DNA from: an uncultured Verrucomicrobiae bacterium
GTDB lineage: Bacteria; Verrucomicrobiota; Verrucomicrobiia; Chthoniobacterales; JAFAMB01
Length of the DNA stretch: 64,000 nucleotides
Assembly (NCBI GenBank): GCA_963742335.1
Contig: CAVULL010000022.1
Coordinates: 110,655 to 174,654 of the forward strand
Direction: 5' to 3'
Positions 59,917-64,000 of the stretch are shown here, in pieces. The notes beneath the pieces were generated by a model that searched no databases, had not been told where the DNA came from, and saw only the letters and a program-made list of their open reading frames with translations. The position numbers and the translations under genes were made by a program. Each line of letters starts with the position of its first letter. Within the stretch, counting starts at the first letter, position 1.

Positions 59917-61329
59917 CTAACCCGATAAGCATGAAATTTCGCTGGCAAACCGCCTGGCCACTTCGGCTTGCTCATGCCCGATTCTCGCTGAAAGACCGGT
60001 GTGCCTGGCCGGATCGAGCAAAGAATCAATCGCGCTGCGGCTCAGGTGCGCCGTGACTCTCGGATCGGCGGCCAGGCGATCGGGAAAAGATATGTTCTGA
60101 GACGCCGCGGCTTGCGCCGCTTTATAAACCACGTCGTGGGCATGTTGCCGGCCGATGATTTTCCCAAGTGCCAACATTATGGCTTCGGCGCTGATCATGC
60201 CACCAGACAGGTCGAGATTGGCCCGCATACGTTGGGGATTGAGACGCAATCCGCCAACAATCAGATGGAGGCGCTCCAGCGCTTCGCCGATAAGGATCGA
60301 GCCTCGAGTGACCGTTTCAAAAGCGAGGCCGGGGCAATGGTCTGCTTCATGCTCGCTTTGCATAGCTTCCAGGGCTAACGGCACCAGCGCCCGGATTTCC
60401 GCGGCCATGCTGAGAACATCTTGGCAAAGCTGCGGATTGCGCTTTTGGGGCATCGTCGAACTGCCAACAGTGCCTACCGGTACGGGTTCTTCGACTTCTC
60501 CGTTTTCCGTTTTCATCAAGAGATAAATCTCGCGGCCAATCTTGCCGCATGTCGCACCGAGCAAGCCGAGCACGCATACGAATTCAGCAAAATGGTCGAC
60601 AATGCTGCGGGAAGGTACTGGCATCGGCGCCAAGCCCAGCCTCTTGGCAACCCCGTCCTGCACTTCGAGCGCGCGTTCGCCCAACGATGCAAAGCTCCCA
60701 GCCGCCCCACCGACAATGGCCACCAATAAGCGCGGCTTGATCTCGCGCATCCGGGTGATATGTCGGCCGATTTCGTCGATCCAAGAGGCGACCTTCAATC
60801 CGAAGGTGATTGGGACCGCATGCTGACCGTGTGTACGACCAGCCATCACCATCTCAGCGCTCCGCTCGGCAAGGTCGGCCAGGGCAGCCATGATGCGTCC
60901 GAGCAGGCCAACAATAAGCCCGTGAACCTTGCCCAAGATTATCACGTCGCCGGTTTGAGTGATGTTTTGGGTAGTGGCACCCCAATGGACCCAACCGCCG
61001 TGCGGTTCTCCGACAACTCGGCTGAGCTCGATGATCAACGGCATTAACGGATGGCTGGTCCGCGCAATTCCTTCCCTGATCAGTCCAAGATCCAAGCTCT
61101 CGATACGGCACGCCGCCGCAATCGCCTTCGCCGCCTCACGCGGAATTATTTCAAGATCCGCTTGAGTCAAGGCAAGCGCAGATTCAACGGCAAGCCATGC
61201 CTGCCATCGTTCCTCGGTGCCAAATAGCGCCTCGATACCGGAATCAGGCACCCGAGACGCTGTAAACCGCCTGCTCATATCGCCTCCCATTGCCATTGCT
61301 GGAGGCTGGGGTGTAGAACTTTTCTCCAT
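59917..61329 (-). CDS. Fumarate-lyase superfamily enzyme (adenylosuccinate lyase / 3-carboxymuconate cycloisomerase-like)
   Basis: The signature loop 'GSSTMPQKRNP' is present. The protein is ~470 aa. Confidence 0.8.
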   Translation of the reverse strand: MEKSSTPQPPAMAMGGDMSRRFTASRVPDSGIEALFGTEERWQAWLAVESALALTQADLEIIPREAAKAIAAACRIESLDLGLIREGIARTSHPLMPLIIELSRVVGEPHGGWVHWGATTQNITQTGDVIILGKVHGLIVGLLGRIMAALADLAERSAEMVMAGRTHGQHAVPITFGLKVASWIDEIGRHITRMREIKPRLLVAIVGGAAGSFASLGERALEVQDGVAKRLGLAPMPVPSRSIVDHFAEFVCVLGLLGATCGKIGREIYLLMKTENGEVEEPVPVGTVGSSTMPQKRNPQLCQDVLSMAAEIRALVPLALEAMQSEHEADHCPGLAFETVTRGSILIGEALERLHLIVGGLRLNPQRMRANLDLSGGMISAEAIMLALGKIIGRQHAHDVVYKAAQAAASQNISFPDRLAADPRVTAHLSRSAIDSLLDPARHTGLSARIGHEQAEVARRFASEISCLSG

Positions 61330-61507
61330 AGTGTTGGTACCGCTCTCTGGTTGGCTCGCTCGCCCGGGTACCGGGGAGATTAAACAAAAAGAAAAGCCAA
61401 GGACCCGAGGCCGCTTCTGGCATGTTTATATCTCGAAGTTATGAATATAACACACAGCTGTCTATCTCTTTAGGAGAGCTCTGATAAAGTGTGAATCTTT
61501 TCGCACC

Positions 61508-62255
61508 CTAACGTTTCCCAAGGTTTACACCAGCAGCGAACGCTTCGAAAACTTTCCGTATTTCGTCGCGCACCCGGCAAAAAACAGCAAAAACCTCTTC
61601 TTCACTTCCCCTGGCTTTGGCTGGATCGTCAAAGCCCCAGTGGTAGCGTTTCACCGTTCCGGGAAATATCGGGCAGACTTGGTCGACGTATCCGCAGAGC
61701 AGTGACCACCAGTGCACTTTCTGATCGAGAAATTCCTGGAGGTGTTTCGCGGAACCCCAAATGTCGATCCCAATCTTTTGCGATGCGGGATCGTCAAGGA
61801 TGAATTAAACCGGCGGGTCTCGAGCCCGCACTCTCAACTCGAATGAGATCGAGGTTTTTTGGCCGAAGAATGCCTCCACCATTGGATCGGCATGAATTCC
61901 CGGTGCAAAGGATGAAAATAAGGGCTTTTCCATAAGTCTTTAAGACCCTGGGTAGGCGCTTCAGATCGGACGTCAAAGCAGGATCGCTTTTCGCAGATTC
62001 AGCCACGCATCTGAGGCTGAGTTCCACCGCGCGAGATCTGGGCGATTGCCAGCGATAGACTTTCCAAGTTTGTACCCGGCTGAATTCGACGAGCCCAGCC
62101 TTTCGTAAATAGGCCAGATGCTGGGAGACGTTTACTTGCGGCAGATCGAGTAATTCCTGGAGGTGGCACACACAAAGCGGCTGTTGCAAAAGCAGGTGCA
62201 GTATCCGAAGACGGGATGGTTCCGCAAAGGCTCTGAAAGTCTCTACTAAATTCAT
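61508..62255 (-). pseudogene. arsRC: ArsR-type regulator read in frame into an LMW-PTP-type arsenate reductase. The arsC part is frameshifted.
   Basis: The ArsR wHTH is 'FAEPSRLRILHLLLQQPLCVCHLQELLDLPQVNVSQHLAYLRKAGLV'. With no stop or Met between, the ArsC P-loop 'LCTGNSCRS' follows. The ArsC C-terminus 'CPIFPG..HWGFDDPA' lies in another frame (ORF 61508-61717). Confidence 0.7.
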
Positions 62256-62400
62256 TTTCGGATTATGATCCAGACATTATATAATGCACCATTAATATTA
62301 TAAAATTATTGTGTAATACTCAGTCCGGGTTTCCAACGAACCGCGGACACGCCGAGACGCCCGCTCGCCGAACCGTTGCCCCTTCTGGCGTGTCTTGGCG

Positions 62401-62458
62401 TAAGCGAAGCGTCCCGCTTTGCCTCTGTAAATAAGGAGCAAACCCGACGGTTCGCACA
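62401..62458. repeat. REP-like palindromic element, copy 4 (arm B carries a 1-nt deletion)
   Basis: TAAGCGAAGCGTCCCGCTTTGC (62401-22), a 15-nt spacer, then GCAAACCCGACGGTTCGCACA (62438-58). Confidence 0.8.
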
Positions 62459-62707
62459 CCCTGACACGCTCCCCAATCCCACTGCTTTCTCAAAGCCCGG
62501 CACGTGTCCTTACCCCTGGAACCGCGTGCTTTGCGATTTTGGCGAACACGAATTTTTGGAAAAAAGACAGACCCACTCCGAAAGAGATGCTCGAGAGCCA
62601 ATTCGCTGCCTGAGAAAAATCGGTGAATGGTTTCAGGCTCATCAATTTCCGGCGCTCGGTTTTTTGTGTTGCGATAGAAATTTATCCCCCTAAGACTACT
62701 CATTTCC

Positions 62708-62842
62708 ATGACAGATCCCCGGTTCGGCGTTCTTGCAGAGGTGTTGATCGGTTTCTCAACGAAGGTTCAAAAGGGCGAGAGAGTCCTCATCGCCCCCTTC
62801 GACGCACCCTCGGAAATGGTAATCGCTTTGCTGCCGCTATGA
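62708..62842 (+). pseudogene. M29 (AmpS-type) aminopeptidase N-terminal remnant, 44 codons
   Basis: 'MTDPRFGVLAEVLIGFSTKVQKGERVLIAPFDAPSEMVIAL' resembles the start of thermophilic-metalloprotease-family aminopeptidases. It stops after 44 aa and overlaps the next gene's ATG. Confidence 0.4.
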
Positions 62843-64000
62843 ACTCTGAGCTGCTTCTGGTTATTGGTCTGCTGCTCGCCTGCGTTGGATTGTTTGTTGC
62901 CAATAAACCTCGCATGGACGTGGTCGCCCTTCTGGCAATTGTCGTCCTGCCGTTGTGCGGCATCATTAGCGTGCCGGAAGCGCTGGCCGGTTTCAGCGAT
63001 TCTAACATCATCCTTATCGCCGCCTTGTTCGTCATTGGAGAAGGGCTTGTTCGCACCGGTATTGCCACCAAGTTGGGCGACTTGCTAGTTGCCAAGGCTG
63101 GCGGGAGCGAGAACCGCCTCCTGGTTCTGCTGATGCTCGGGGCGGCTGGCCTCGGCTCCGTCATGAGTTCCACCGGAGTGGTGGCTATTTTCATTCCGGT
63201 CGTGCTCGGGATCGCCGTCCGCATGTCCATACCACCGGGCCGCTTGATGATGCCTCTAAGCTTCGCCGGCTTGATCAGCGGGATGCTCACCCTGGTCGCC
63301 ACTGCCCCAAATCTGGTAGTGGATAGCGCTCTAAGGCATGCCGGATTCGCCGGATTCGGCCTTTTCAGCCCTACGCCTTTCGGGCTGACGATCCTGGTGG
63401 CGGGAATTGGCTACATGCTGATTGCCCGCCGCTGGCTGAGTGTTAAGGCAGACACAGGCCCCTCAGAGAACGCTCCGCGCACTCTGCTCGACCTGATTCA
63501 GGAGTACCATCTGGCAGGGCGTGAACATCGCCTACGCATCCGGCCAGAATCTCCGCTTGTGGGACAGACCCTGGAGGAGTGGCAGCCGCGCCGCCAGCAC
63601 CGAGCGAATGTCGTGGCAGTCGAACGGCGAGCCAGATTACGCCGGGAAGTGCTCGCCCCTCGTGCCGATACCAAACTGATGGCGGATGATGTGTTGCTAG
63701 TCGATGCTCCTCCTTCCGCCAGCGGGAAAAAGGCGGACCTTCTTTCCAGCCCAGGATTTGAGCAATTACCTCTTGAGGGAAGCTACTTCACTGATCAGTC
63801 CCAGCAAGTTGGCATGGCTGAGGTGATCGTGCCGCCGGCCTCCAGTCTGATTGGCAAAAGTGTGGTGCAGTTGACCTTTCGCCGGAAATACCACCTGAAC
63901 CTGATCGGCCTACGTCGTGGCCAACGTGCGTTGGATAAGGAACTTCTGGAAGAGAAACTGCAGCCGGGCGACACGCTGCTACTGATCGGCCGATGGAAGG
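62839..64000 (+). CDS. SLC13/DASS-family permease with central TrkA-C (RCK_C) domains, partial (runs off the window)
   Basis: My translation from the ATG at 62839 reads 'MNSELLLVIGLLLACVGLFVANKPRMDVVALLAIVVLPLCGIISVPEALAGFSDSNIILIAALFVIGEGLVRTG..' and then 'HRLRIRPESPLVGQTLEE..VVAVERR..' (TrkA-C). The frame stays open to 64000, which is why the ORF track lacks it. Confidence 0.8.
   Translation, partial: MNSELLLVIGLLLACVGLFVANKPRMDVVALLAIVVLPLCGIISVPEALAGFSDSNIILIAALFVIGEGLVRTGIATKLGDLLVAKAGGSENRLLVLLMLGAAGLGSVMSSTGVVAIFIPVVLGIAVRMSIPPGRLMMPLSFAGLISGMLTLVATAPNLVVDSALRHAGFAGFGLFSPTPFGLTILVAGIGYMLIARRWLSVKADTGPSENAPRTLLDLIQEYHLAGREHRLRIRPESPLVGQTLEEWQPRRQHRANVVAVERRARLRREVLAPRADTKLMADDVLLVDAPPSASGKKADLLSSPGFEQLPLEGSYFTDQSQQVGMAEVIVPPASSLIGKSVVQLTFRRKYHLNLIGLRRGQRALDKELLEEKLQPGDTLLLIGRWK

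Noticed and set aside
62787-63302. 171-aa minus-strand ORF
   Set aside because: It is antisense to the SLC13 permease, whose plus-strand frame stays open from 62839 to the window end with convincing TM and TrkA-C sequence.

Overview
This 64-kb chromosomal window comes from a moderately GC-rich bacterium. Gene content looks soil or PVC-like, but the taxon cannot be determined from the sequence alone.

Intact backbone genes:
- a five-gene peptide ABC importer (17.4-23.2 kb)
- an RND efflux pair (36.1-40.5 kb)
- Ku placed divergently to a UvrD-type helicase
- nagA, iolB and gmhA
- a prepilin peptidase, an acyl-CoA desaturase, an FGGY kinase and an MFS transporter
- two LysR regulators, a LivJ-type binding protein, a class I methyltransferase and assorted oxidoreductases

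Four things stand out:
1. The first 8.3 kb encodes a hybrid PAS histidine kinase, a DUF2760 protein and two atypical Hsp70-family proteins. Their protein sequences are well preserved, but the reading frame changes at least about 25 times.
2. Two different group II introns sit head-to-head on opposite strands at 42.3-44.9 kb. One encodes an RT and the other has no ORF. Each abuts one arm of a single 57-bp palindrome, which belongs to a small REP-like family with further copies at 9.9, 27.3 and 62.4 kb.
3. Several small repeat elements are present: a 298-bp MITE with perfect 32-bp terminal inverted repeats, a related solo terminus that supplies the stop codon of the desaturase, and two loci where short tandem-repeat arrays occur in inverted orientation around a unique core.
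4. The load of truncated or frameshifted gene remnants is unusually high: topoisomerase IB, NmrA-like, FGE-sulfatase, integrase, IS1634 transposase, M29 aminopeptidase, an NTF2-like protein and arsRC. Next to the integrase remnant lies a 1.3-kb stretch with almost no ORFs.

No rRNA gene, tRNA gene or CRISPR array was recognised. All calls rest on reading the supplied translations and the raw sequence. No database search was run.
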